Below, piece by piece: positions 49,991 through 61,679 of a stretch of 64,000 nucleotides of DNA; the stretch's first letter is position 1; every line of letters begins with the position of its first letter. This DNA comes from Octopus bimaculoides (taxonomy: Eukaryota): positions 38,794,034 to 38,858,033 of the forward strand of contig NC_068997.1 of assembly GCF_001194135.2 (NCBI RefSeq). Direction: 5' to 3'. The notes beneath the pieces are model-generated. The model was not told the DNA's origin, did no database searches, and saw only the letters and a list, made by a program, of their open reading frames with translations. A program made the translations under genes and the position numbers.

Positions 49991-52155
49991 AGTAAATAAA
50001 AAGCATAAAAGGTTACAGTTTTGTCTAGACTCTCTCAAGACATCTTCTCTAGTTTTACAACTGGTTGATTACATTGCAATAAACTGTTTCTTCAATAAGT
50101 TTACTTTTCTTGGTCAGTCTTCTTTGGCATTGGTTGAAAGCTGGCTTCCTAAACAACATTTATAGTTTCTCTAATTTTTGCCCTCTATTTTGGGTTTTTC
50201 TTTTAGCCTCCCTCAATTCAGCTTGGTCTCACATTCTTCTCTAGGTTTGTGTTCATAAGTTTGTGTTCATTAAGTTGCTTTTTGGATAAAAAAATTGAAC
50301 TGACTGCCTGTTCCACCTGAATTTCATTAGCACAAACAGAAACAATCCTTGAGTTGCATTCTTTGAACAGTTAACATACTACAGATAGAATAAAGATAAA
50401 ACAACTGTATTTTAATTCTTATAGAACTCTATATTGTTTAGAGTTATATGTATAAGAATTATTTTATTCATTGCAAACAATTGGTCTTCAATCAGCTAAT
50501 AAAAAATGTTTCTATCATTTAACTAATGACATATTTATCAAAGAATTATATTTTGTTCAAATTAATCTTGAGAGAGAGAGAGAGAGAGATTCCCCTCATC
50601 AAAACATAAGTGATTTTATTTTCTACATTTGCTTGGTTGGAAAAAATTTGTTCAAAGCACAGCAAAACATTGAGTAATTTAGATAAATGGATCAAAATTG
50701 CCAAAGATAAAAATTAGTGAAAAATAAAACAAAATCCTTTCTACTCTAAGAAAACTTGATAAACATTTTAGTTGTGGTTATCTTATTTTAGATGGGTATG
50801 AAAAATTATAAAAGCGTAAGAAATAGATTATGGAGAAAACAACCAAAATTAAGACATGATTGTTAAATAAAAGGATTTTACCAGAAACTCACTGTTTCTA
50901 TGCGGTGGTAAATACCATTAATGAAAGTTTTAAGAAATATTTACTTTTATTTACTTGTTCATTTTGTTGAAGTTTATTTAGTAAGTATTTATCATCTTCA
51001 TCTTCCTATTAATATCTTTCAAAACTTTATTCAGTTGTTTATTTTATATATTTTTTGAGTTTAAGAGAAAAATAAAATAAAAAAAAACACAAGCAAACAA
51101 AAGGATATACTGCAACTGAATATTTAACCAAAGGAATTTGTAATTTTTTTCTTGTGTTTGTTTATTATTTTGTGAACAGCTGTAAGCAATCTTGAATATA
51201 TTTTATAGAGGTTGCAATTTACCCGTTATTAGAAATTCCATTCATATTATTTTAGCAAACAATTCTCTGATTATGAGTCTGAAGCAAAACTTTTTCAAGT
51301 TACAAGTATGATTTGGTGTAAGAAACTAAACCTGATAAGGTGAAGAACTGATGATGTCATCTTCCTCTTGTGGACATGCCCTAATTCTTGTTGTTGAGCC
51401 TAAAATTTACTAGGACCAACAAAACTCATGGTTAACTCTTACATTCCTGTATTGCTTTCTCTATATAGCTCTTCTAATCTTGTTAAAAACTAGAAATTTT
51501 GATGAAATGCAGTTAGTCCAGTATAAAAATCACAAAAATATAGCTACTGCGTGAATCAATGAAATTTAGTCATAGGAAGAAATGGTTATTGGTGTAGCTT
51601 GTGAATGTGGGTTTCAATTGCTGTTGTTGATTTTTATCTGTTGTCATGTCATTTTCTCCAGCCAAGATAGGTTGAATACAGCCAAGTTGATTACACGTTT
51701 TCACATATACTTACAAGATATTGATTCCTAGGCATTGATTTCCTGTCTCAGAACTGACTTTGTGCTCCAGTAGTCTCTGTAATTTGGAAGCTACACAACT
51801 CCCATTATAGAGAACATTCAGAGATATGATTTCATTTTCTCCATTCAAATGCCCACATCACTAATAAATTAATGTTATTTATTCTAATTACAATAGTTAT
51901 GCTCTCCTCATAAACTCACCGGTATGCAGAGAAACAACATTTAAAATATATCAGTTAATAAAAGTGTTTTTCTCTCTTTAATCCTTATCTTTTACTAACA
52001 AAATTATTGATGCACTGATTGAATACTTAAACACTCCACTCCTGTTCAGAATTGATAAATCTTTCTGTAAATTCCATGCTGGTGTATATAGATGACACTG
52101 AAATATCACTCCCCAAGTATGAGTTCTCTTTCTCTAATTAAATCANNNNNNNNNN

Positions 52156-52189
<34 letters not shown>

Positions 52190-52590
52190 ATCCAAAGAAA
52201 TTCAGCTCATAAGCTGCAAAAAATTGAATACGTATGGTGTAAATATGAGCCTCTTTCTCAAATGAGGCAAAACTTTATTTCTCTGAAAAGTGCTTATTTA
52301 TTTGTTTTTGGGCCCTAATAGCAACATGCAGTTCAGGACTTGGCAACAATTGTGATTATTTGTGATACAGAACTTCAAGAGTTAAAGACATTCAGTCTTG
52401 TTTTCAGACACAGTTTATATTGGCATCCTTCCTAATCTAGAAGATGGTAGGGTGGAATATAAAGGTTGCTTTCTATTTCTAGCAGGTGAGTGACCATGTG
52501 GAGGTCTGTTTGTTGGTCTGTAACTATTATTATAAGATATATGTTATTTTGATCAGATATTCAACTAATTATGTTTTCTTTTTGTTTTAG

Positions 52591-52910
52591 GAGCTGAACC
52601 TTTGACTGAAGCAGTTTCATTCTACTTTCTCTCTTCATCAATGCAGCCATCATTACTGTTATAAGTTCTTCTATTAGCATTCTGCCTTAGTCATTGCACT
52701 AATACTCTTGATATTATTAATAGAAATGGTGAAACTATATCAGTTTTTAACTACTTTCTAAACTTTGACTAACTACATTTCAAGAGTTTTACAACTGTTT
52801 GATTCATTATTTAAAACATACTAAAATAGAAAATTTACCAAATTTTATAAAACTAATTTTACTTGTAATGATCATTTTATGATTAAATAAAAAATTTCTT
52901 TATGAAGTAT
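52591..52910 (+). other. PSMD3: Candidate non-coding last (3'UTR) exon of PSMD3
   Basis: Strong acceptor TTTTCTTTTTGTTTTAG| at 52590 and ATTAAA/AATAAA at 52882-52891. Pairing with the donor at 46731 is inferred, not observed. Confidence 0.35.
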
Positions 52911-53000
52911 TTTTGATTTATTGCTTTGTTTATTACCTGAAACATGAGATTTGTTGGATTCTTTGTTTGAATAGTTCTTGTTGCAGATTTATATAACATT

Positions 53001-53036
<36 letters not shown>

Positions 53037-53046
53037 NNNNNNNNNN

Positions 53047-53083
<37 letters not shown>

Positions 53084-53144
53084 TCATTTAATGTCCTTTT
53101 CCCCCATGACTTGACATCACTTGAAGAACTTTAATCAAATGAAC

Positions 53145-53670
53145 CAACCCTCGTTTTCTTTGTTCTTTTTAAGCTTTGTACTTATTCCATTGATCTCTTT
53201 TGCTGAACAGCTAAGTTCAGCAATACCAGTTGTCAAGCAGACAGACAAACACACACGCACGATGGGTTTCTTTCTTGTATCTTCCATCTTTTACTCATGC
53301 CAGTCATTAGACTGCATCCATGCTGGGGCACTGCCTTGAATAATTTTTAGTTGACTGAATCGACCCCGGTACTTTTTTTTTAAGGCCTGGTATTGGTCTC
53401 TTTTTGCCAATCTGCTAAGTTATGGAAACATACATGCACTGACATTGGTTATCAAGTGGTGGTGGGGGATAAATGTGTGCGCGTACACACACATATATAA
53501 GACGGGCTTCTTTCAGTTTCTGTTTTTCTGTCTATCAAATCCACTCACAAGGTCTTAGTTGCTTGAAGGCTGTAGTAGAAGACATTTGCACAAGGTGCCA
53601 TGCAGTGGGAGTGATCCCAGAACCATATGATTAGGAAGCAAGCTTCTTACCACACAGCCACACCTGCGCC
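53145..53670 (-). mobile_element. SINE family A, one partial plus one near-complete copy
   Basis: Reverse-complement homology to 9441-9849 (53145-53280 partial; 53285-53670). Confidence 0.8.
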
Positions 53671-53854
53671 TAGTTTGTTTTTTTAATAACAGTCCATCCT
53701 TGATCAGCATAATTCCTTTCCATATGGTCAGACAGGAGCATGAGTGTAAACCATTTGTGCTCTGTGTTAGAGTACTTGCATATACCCAGCAGCATTTAGT
53801 ACTTTGTTTTTTTAAAATGTAAAAGACAGACAATTTGCACTGGACTTTATAAAT

Positions 53855-54250
53855 ACATCGTCATCATCATTTAGCGTCCATTTTCCATGCTGCTATGGGT
53901 TAGACAGTTTGACTGGAGCTGGTAAGCAGGGGGGCTTTACCAGGCTCTTGTCTGATTTGGCTGGTTTCTATGGCTGGATGCCCTTCCTAACATCAACCTC
54001 TTCAAGAGTGTAGTGGATGCCTTTTGTGTGTCACCGGCACTAGCCATGGCTATTATTTCATTTAGCTTGACATGTCTTCTCAAGCAGAGCAAACCACCAA
54101 AGGTCTTGATCACTTGTCATCACCTCTGTGAAATTCAACATCCAAAGATCATGCTTCACCACCTGGTTCCACGCCTTCCTGGCTCTACCTCTTCCACAGG
54201 TTCCCTTCTCAGTTAGAGATCAGTACTTCTTTACACAGTTGTCCTTGCCC
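53855..54250 (-). mobile_element. SINE family B copy with extended 5' region
   Basis: CATCATCATTTAGCGTCCATTTTCCATGC...GGCTGGATGCCCTTCCTAACATCAACC. Confidence 0.7.
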
Positions 54251-54804
54251 ATACATTTGCATATACACAAATATACTGTAAAAATATGAAAAAGAAAATG
54301 GAATTCATGTGACTCATTATTCAGAACCACTAATATTATTTCGACCCATCATGCACCAGTACCTAGCAGGTGAGATGCTGTACAAAGAATTGTGATGCAT
54401 CGTAGGTGCAAATGTATCTCTTCAAATGATTTTTCAAAAAGTATCTCGTTTTTTATTTATTGTGCTGCTTATTTCTATAACATTTTGGTAATTGTAATGC
54501 ACTGAGTTTCCTTAAGGAACAAAGATATAATGAAGAAACCTCATATAAGCAATAAAATAAAAGCATACGGGGATAAAAGAATAAGGAATCAAAAATTAAA
54601 TAAATGAAACAATAATAAAATGCAATACACCAATAAATAAAATGCAATACACCAATAAATGATAAAATGTAATCAGGTAGTAAAATTCTGTGAACAGGCT
54701 TCAAACAACACACTACAGCTTGTATACCCAGATATATAAACTCATTACAAATGCATTGTATATATGTGTGTGCTTATGTATGCATGTGTGAATGTGTATA
54801 CATT

Positions 54805-55332
54805 TGTGTGTCTATTATATGGGTGGAATTCTGGTTTAAGTATCCCATATAAACCCTCATAACTTTATATTTTGGAATTTGAGAAAAATTTTGCGAATTT
54901 GTGTTCTACACATGGGAATCCATACCATTATGCATAAAAAAAAAATGTTTCAAAATATTTTAACCTCCTCCCATCATAAATCCTAAAAATTCCACTCTTT
55001 TATGAATTAAAAAATAGAGCTTAAAATACAGACAGTATGAATTTTTGCTTATTGGGTGCATCATCATTCCATTCAATGTGTTTATGGGGAGAAAAATATT
55101 GAAAAACGTCAATACATGTCTGAGTGACAAAGAAACGTAGAAGGTAGGTGGTCGTGAGATGTACTAAAAATAACAGTTGAATCACCCTTAAATCAAATAT
55201 ACAATTTTTTTGCATAATCATATGGATTCCCATGTGTAGAACATAAATTCCCCAAAATTTTTTGAAAATTAACCCCCCCCCCCCAAGTCATGAGGAATTT
55301 TTGTGGGGTACGCAGAATTCTGCGTTTATGTA
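54805..55332. mobile_element. MITE/fold-back element with long imperfect TIRs
   Basis: 54885-54942 AAAATTTTGCGAATTTGTGTTCTACACATGGGAATCCATACCATTATGCA matches the reverse complement of 55205-55262. The outer ends share GAATTCTG and CCTCAT.ACTT. Confidence 0.75.
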
Positions 55333-55399
55333 TATATGTGTGTCATATACATATACCGACTCTATATTTGCTGTCACCTAATTGCAACACTGATTCCTG

Positions 55400-56160
55400 G
55401 TTGATTACTTTCCATCTTTCACCCACTCAGTCATCTCTATTACTCGTGTCCGTCCTTTGCGTACCCATCCTCCACTGCTACTTATGAAGCTTACAAACTA
55501 TGAATGGTCGCCCTGCCTGCCTCTACTATCCATCTCCATGGTTATATATCAGACACCTGTACAGGTATCTATGTCTTTCCTCCTCTATCCATCTCCCCAT
55601 TTCAATCTTCCACTCTTTCTTTCAAAACTCTCATCTCACAACTTGTGATGCCCACTTGCTCGTTGGCCCATTGCTTTGCCGTCCACCACTCCCCTGCGTT
55701 TCCCCTACCTCTGTCCTCTCTCCACAGTTTCTCCGTAACCACAACACCTTATTTCTCCCTCTCAGGCCTGCCTCCCACCACCCGTACACCTCGCTTCCTT
55801 TCTCTGAATCCACCCTCCCTCTGTTACATTCATCTAATTTCTCTCTAATGTTAATTTTTCCTCATATCTTCCACCTATGCTCACCTTTATAATGTTCGAT
55901 ANNNNNNNNNNNNNNNNNNNNNNNNNNNNNNNNNNNNNNNNNNNNNNNNNNNNNNNNNNNNNNNNNNNNNNNNNNNNNNNNNNNNNNNNNNNNCCACAAC
56001 CACTCCATCATCCTTATCACTCTATCTCTCCGTTTTTCCCTGATGCTAGTCTCTTCCCTTTCCATTGGTCTTCTATACCCTACTCTTCCAATCGTGTCTC
56101 CTCTGCTTCATCACCTTCTCACAGTTATAAATCTGTTCCCATTACTGGTAAATAGCCTTT
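55400..56160 (+). mobile_element. Probable Penelope-like 3' remnant with C/T-rich tail
   Basis: Weak similarity to the PLE GIY-YIG C-terminus, with the same architecture as 15600-16110. Confidence 0.35.
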
Positions 56161-56304
56161 TGATTCTCCGATGGTTCTTGTGTTCAGTGTTATCTTGTTG
56201 AGGGATGGGCGTCACGGGTCTCAAATCACTTATTCCTTTGCAGGCAAGACAAAGGCACCGATTTTTCAACCAAGTCTAAGTTGTGAATCTCTCTTGTTGA
56301 TTAA

Positions 56305-56635
56305 TCTTTTATCTTTTACGTGTTTCAGTCATTTGACTGTCGCCTTTCCGAAGCACCGCCGTGAAGAATTGTTAGTGGAATCGATACCAGTCCTTTTTTT
56401 CTTTTTAAGCCTGGTACTTATTCCATTGGGGATGTAAACATACCATCACCGGTTGTCAAGTGGTGATTACACACACACACACACACGTGACGGGATTTTT
56501 TCAGTTTCCGTCTACTAAATCCATTCACAAGGCTTTGGCCAGGGTTATAGTAAAAGACACCTGCACAAAGTCTCGTGCTGCGGGGCTGAACCCAGAACCA
56601 TGTGGTTGGGAAGCAAACTTCTTACCACAGTCACA
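56305..56635 (-). mobile_element. SINE family A copy
   Basis: Reverse-complement homology. Confidence 0.75.
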
Positions 56636-56887
56636 CCTAACTCAGTTGCTTTACTTTTCCTTCAATCCTCTCAGCTTCCATTGATGACCGCAATGCCTTT
56701 ATGTACAGCCTTGTCATACATTGTGTTACTCTGTTTCTACCTGAAGATGATGTTAAGGGTATATGTGTCTGGGATACTCAGCCACTTACTTAGTAATTCA
56801 GGTACAAGATATTCAGTTGATCAAACAACCGAATCCTTGTTGTTGAGCGACGGAGATCCACCAACACAAATATTCCTTTTCTGTTTT

Positions 56888-57102
56888 TTAACCCCTTAGC
56901 ATTTAAACCAGCCATATCTGACCTGTTTTATATTCAAACCAGCCACATCCAACATCTCACACCTACCCTACAATGTCATTTTGAAAATAAACAATCACAT
57001 CATTGAGATTTCAAAGCTATGAGATAATGCATGATTAATCCAAAACAATGTGAATAAACAAGCATTACATTTGACAGAGTAATCTGAATGCTAAAGGCTC
57101 AA
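56888..57102 (+). mobile_element. TTAA-type MITE family copy
   Basis: TTAACCCCTTAGCATTTAAACCAGCCATATC ... AATCTGAATGCTAAAGG. Confidence 0.8.
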
Positions 57103-57189
57103 ACTGGATACTCTGTGGATACCGCATTTCTTAATTGATCAAATTAACCCCTTGAGTAAGTTTGACTCAATTTTTTGCTGAATCGTTAA

Positions 57190-57755
57190 GTTACGGAGAC
57201 ATAAAGCAAGCACACACATAACCCACCTCTCCCCATACAAATATTACCTGCCCCTGAGGTATGATATAATTGTAAAGACTATTTACAATGCTATCCGCAG
57301 AAGGACTGCCCTGACGAATACATCAAAGGCATGTCAGAACCAGCAGGTATTCACACCTTTAAAAACAAAGAATACTGGCGGAACACCCCATAAAAATAAC
57401 AATTCAGTGCAAACATAACATACCTGATATTCTTCTGTGGGACGGAACAAAAGTCATGCACTGTTGCAGAGGTCAGATGCCCAGCAGATGTAAATGTACA
57501 ATCAAAAGTCCAAGGAAAAGAGAACATTTATGGCGAATTAATGTACCTTGACTATGAATTCTCATTTGTACCTATCATCATTGGTACATTATGTTATGTA
57601 CCAACAAATTTTCACAAAAACCTAGAAGCATGTGCTTTCACGAAAAAAGAGCAAAAGAAACTGACGCGGATTCCCCAAATCCAATCTATTAGTGGCACAG
57701 TGAAGATGTGTAAGACGTTAAAAAATTCTCCATCTGAGATTCTTATGTGAATAGA
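57190..57755 (+). mobile_element. R4/Dong-like RLE non-LTR retrotransposon 3' remnant
   Basis: YYLPLRYDIIVKTIYNAIRR (RHD motif), CKHNIPDILLWD, CTVAEVRCPADVNVQSKVQGKENIYGEL...FSFVPIIIGTL...ISGTVKMCKT. Confidence 0.8.
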
Positions 57756-57804
57756 TGCACACACTTGGGTGTTCAACCAACACAACAACTCAACCACATA
57801 CAAA

Positions 57805-57950
57805 GGGGCTTCTTTCAGTTTCCGTCTACCAAATCCACTCCCGAGGCTATAGTAGAAGACACTTGCCCAAGGTGCCACGCAGTGGGACTGAACCCGGAAC
57901 CATGTGGTTGGTAAGCAAGCTACTTACCACACAGCCACTCCTGCGCCTAT
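57805..57950 (-). mobile_element. SINE family A 5' part (young)
   Basis: ...GGGACTGAACCCGGAACCATGTGGTTGGTAAGCAAGCTACTTACCACACAGCCACTCCTGCGCCT. Confidence 0.9.
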
Positions 57951-58282
57951 ATNNNNNNNNNNNNNNNNNNNNNNNNNNNNNNNNNNNNNNNNNNNNNNNN
58001 NNNNNNNNNNNNNNNNNNNNNNNNNNNNNNNNNNNNNNNNNNNNNNNNNNNNNNNNNNNNNNNNNNNNNNNNNNNNNNNNNNNNNNNNNNNNNNNNNNNN
58101 NNNNNNNNNNNNNNNNNNNNNNNNNNNNNNNNNNNNNNNNNNNNNNNNNNNNNNNNNNNNNNNNNNNNNNNNNNNNNNNNNNNNNNNNNNNNNNNNNNNN
58201 NNNNNNNNNNNNNNNNNNNNNNNNNNNNNNNNNNNNNNNNNNNNTATATATATATATATTTATTTCAAGTTAATAAAAGAAA

Positions 58283-58778
58283 ATGGAGAAGGAAAAATAT
58301 AGTAGATACTTGGTTAAACTTGTATCACAATGGAAAAGTAACATCCCATATTATAATTAAATGACTTATTTATGTCCCTTAATCCCTTATATGTATAATT
58401 TTCAAATACATTATAGTATTTTAGCAAAATTTCAATGTATAGTATCTCCTAACATGAACTCGGTCTCCTATTAAATTATTGTTTACGTTTGAATATTTGG
58501 AAACACCGTCCTCAACTTCGTTTATTTCGTTGTTCGACACCTGAAAGTATACACCTATCCCTGAAGATATCCGGCTAAATGTGTGTTTTTTTTACATGTA
58601 AAATAGCTTGAATGCTGGTAATTCAAACCTAAAGCCGGATTGAAACATATGTAAGATTGTTTTGGTTATTTCTTTTGTTGATCCAATTCTTTTATATCCT
58701 GAATCTTATATGTATTACTTTTTCATTGTGGTACAAATAAATTTTAACCAAGTATCCACTATATTTTTTCTTCTCCAT
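58283..58778. repeat. Inverted repeat pair (about 60-bp arms) upstream of the Penelope ORF, pLTR-like region
   Basis: 58283-58341 ATGGAGAAGGAAAAATATAGTAGATACTTGGTTAAA...TTGTATCACAATGGAAAAGTAA matches the reverse complement of 58714-58778. Confidence 0.75.
58555..58660 (+). ncRNA. Hammerhead-ribozyme-like motif (minimal type I, PLE-associated)
   Basis: CTGAAGA core 58561-58567; helix II ATCCGGCT (58569-76) with AGCCGGAT (58633-40); GAAA 58642-45; palindromic ACATATGT helix III ending in a GTA cleavage triplet 58651-53; partial helix I (CTATCC with AGATTG). Confidence 0.6.
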
Positions 58779-58899
58779 CAAAACATTATTGGACTGTGTA
58801 TGCATATATATTGTGGAACTTTCTTTCAATATATTTGATAATACAATTTGGTATCCGGATTGTAATAAACAATCCCTTACGAGGAAATTAAATCCTCAT

Positions 58900-60560
58900 T
58901 ACTTGAATGGTATTTATATATTTATATGTAAAAACATAAAACTTTCAACATCAATAGAAGAGGAGCATAACCCAGTTAACTTTCTTGATGTTAATTTAGA
59001 TCTACGTAGAGGTATATACAGGCCATATAATACGACCCTTAGACACATTCATGAAAATAGCAATCACCCAAAAAGTATAACTCGATCTATAGTAGAAAAT
59101 ATATCAATCTGCATTACTAACCCCTCAGCGAACGAGGAAGTATTTAAACTAAATGAGGACTTTTATAATTTCGCATTAGAGAAGGCAGGATATAGAGAAA
59201 AATTGAAATTCTTTAACCGTAGTGATAGTAGAAATAATATAAGCAGAGGGATGGACCATATTGACAATAATCAAAATAGTATGCATAATAGGCAAAATAC
59301 CACTAACCAAACAGAACGGACAGTAGGAAGAGTTAAAGGAAGGAAATCTGTGCAATTAGAATATAACATTAGAATATAACATTAGAGTACCTAGAAACAA
59401 AAAGACGAGTACAAATTTACTTGAATATGTGCCAAATAAAATACAAAGTGGCTTAGATATATGAATTGATCTACTAAGAGGTCCCATTCAGATAGGGTAG
59501 GGAAACAACACATAAACTCTATAAATAGTAATATACAAAGAATTGACAAATATAATGTAAACAAACCCAATGCTGATAAATAGATTATACACTTTTTACA
59601 AAAAAGCTTAAGTAGAAATAGAAATACATACCTCAGTAACATGGATACCTCTAGCTATATCGAATGGTATATAATTCCCTTCAGAAGACGAATAATTTCC
59701 AATATACCAAAATTGTTTTATTCGGCATTGACTAAACATTTTCCAAAAGACAGTAAATACTATAGAATTTTTAATAAAAATAGGGTTAGACTAGCTTTCT
59801 GTAATAGCAAAAATCTAGCACAAATTATAGCAGCACACAACGATAGTAAATTTAACAGTTTTCATATGAACAATACCAATAATAGTAACCAGAATAATAA
59901 TTATAGATCAATAAATAGCAACAATGTCAACATGAGCGGACAAACCATAAGTAACACAACTAGGTATCAGGATAGGAACTATAGTTTGATAGCCAATAAA
60001 ATTGAAGAGACCCAGGGGAACTCCACAATTAATCTGGAAGTAATAGATGTAAATCCTAAAAAGCAAAGTACTCAGAATGTTGTCTATGTGAAAAGGACTA
60101 ATAGCTTAGATGACAGACAGGAGAATATAAAAATCACATCTAGAGTAGGTGAAGTGGATAATAGTAATAGAAGTAGTAGAACTATTAAATGCGATTGTGC
60201 AAGGAACCGAGTCTGTCTGCTAAACTCTAATTGTAGGCATAAAAATATCGTATACTGATGTGAGATTACCTCAGAGAATAGAAAGTATTTCGATATTGGA
60301 GCTAGCTCATGTTATATTAAGCAGAGAATTGTCAATTGTTTAGAAGTAGGGACAAAATGAGTACTACCAGCCTTAGTAAGCTAATTTGAGCACTAAAAGA
60401 TAGTTACAAAGTATTTTCAATTGCTTGGGAAATAATCAATAAAGCAAAACCTTATGGAATAGATGTGCCTTTTGTGTAGAAGAAATGTACCAAATTTTCA
60501 CTTCTAAATTTACTCATAAACACTAGACAGGAATAGGCTATGAGATATTCACACAGGATT
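58900..60560 (+). mobile_element. Penelope-like retroelement (RT C-terminus, linker, GIY-YIG), interrupted by stops
   Basis: VNFLDVNLDL...YRPYN...IHENSNHPKSI (RT thumb), KHFPKDSKYYRIFNKNRVRLAFCNSKNLAQIIAAHN, KCDCARNRVCLLNSNCRHKNIVY*CEITSENRKYFDIGAS (GIY-YIG). Confidence 0.88.
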
Positions 60561-60654
60561 AAATATACGTTTAAATGATTTAAAGAAACATAACTTATCA
60601 TCTATAGTAATTATACTAGTTAAAATAATTATTGTGATAATTAACGATATCTAT

Positions 60655-60706
60655 GAAAATAATACTAATAAATATAATAATAACAATAATAATAATAATA
60701 ATAATA

Positions 60707-60753
<47 letters not shown>

Positions 60754-60765
60754 AATAATAATATT
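60655..60765. repeat. (TAA)n/(TGA)n compound microsatellite
   Basis: Direct reading. Confidence 0.95.
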
Positions 60766-61374
60766 AATTGAGGGTGTAAACCCAAAATAAGTGAAATATC
60801 TCTGAATAAGTACTCAATACAGTAAAATGAAAATGAAAACAAAATGGTACAATTAATTGTAATATAAATAAACATTTTTAAACTACGATTCAACTGTAAT
60901 ATTAGTAGAGATGATTATAAGACCAGAATTCAATTCGATTTAGAAAGTAACGTTATCACCTTCAACTGAATACCAACGACGGGAGCTTGTTTGAATTAGT
61001 TCACTTAGGAAATGTCGTAATTGATGAAATTGCAGCGTCTAAAATGCATANNNNNNNNNNNNNNNNNNNNNNNNNNNNNNNNNNNNNNNNNNNNNNNNNN
61101 NNNNNNNNNNNNNNNNNNNNNNNNNNNNNNNNNNNNNNNNNNNNNNNNNNNNNNNNNNNNNNNNNNNNNNNNNNNNNNNNNNNNNNNNNNNNNNNNNNNN
61201 NNNNNNNNNNNNNNNNNNNNNNNNNNNNNNNNNNNNNNNNNNNNNNNNNNNNNNNNNNNNNNNNNNNNNNNNNNNNNNNNNNNNNNNNNNNNNNNNNNNN
61301 NNNNNNNNNNNNNNNNNNNNNNNNNNNNNNNTATATATATATATATGTGCATGCATGCATGCACGAAAGCATAC

Positions 61375-61530
61375 ATGAACGAACACAGAGATGGAGTTTC
61401 TCAAAATTTCCGTTTATTAGATCGGTTCACTAGGCTCGGAGAACAGTAAGAAACACCTGCCCAAAGTGCCGCGCAATAGGGGTGCGCCTGAAAACCCGTG
61501 GTTGCGAAACGAAGTTCTTTACCAGTCACA
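61375..61530 (+). mobile_element. Diverged SINE A-related fragment
   Basis: Reverse-type motifs CACCTGCCCAAAGTGCCGCGC...GTGGTTGCGAAACGAAGTTCTTACCA. Orientation and boundaries uncertain. Confidence 0.4.
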
Positions 61531-61679
61531 CACACACACACACACACACACGCGCTGGTGTTCTTGTGTCGGTGTGTGTGTGTCTATATATTTTAATGAG
61601 CCATTTACCTATATTTCACATGATACACCACCAAACAGGTGAATTATTTAAACCCCAAAGTATTCCTCTCAACAAATGG

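Noticed and set aside
51440-51860. Further minus-strand exon candidates (FLTRLEELYRESNTG; RLLEHKVSSETGNQCLGINI)
   Set aside because: They could not be chained in frame without stops, and I recognise no protein.
52157-52188. Poly(A) run as a retrocopy tail
   Set aside because: It directly abuts an N gap, so no upstream body or TSD can be evaluated.
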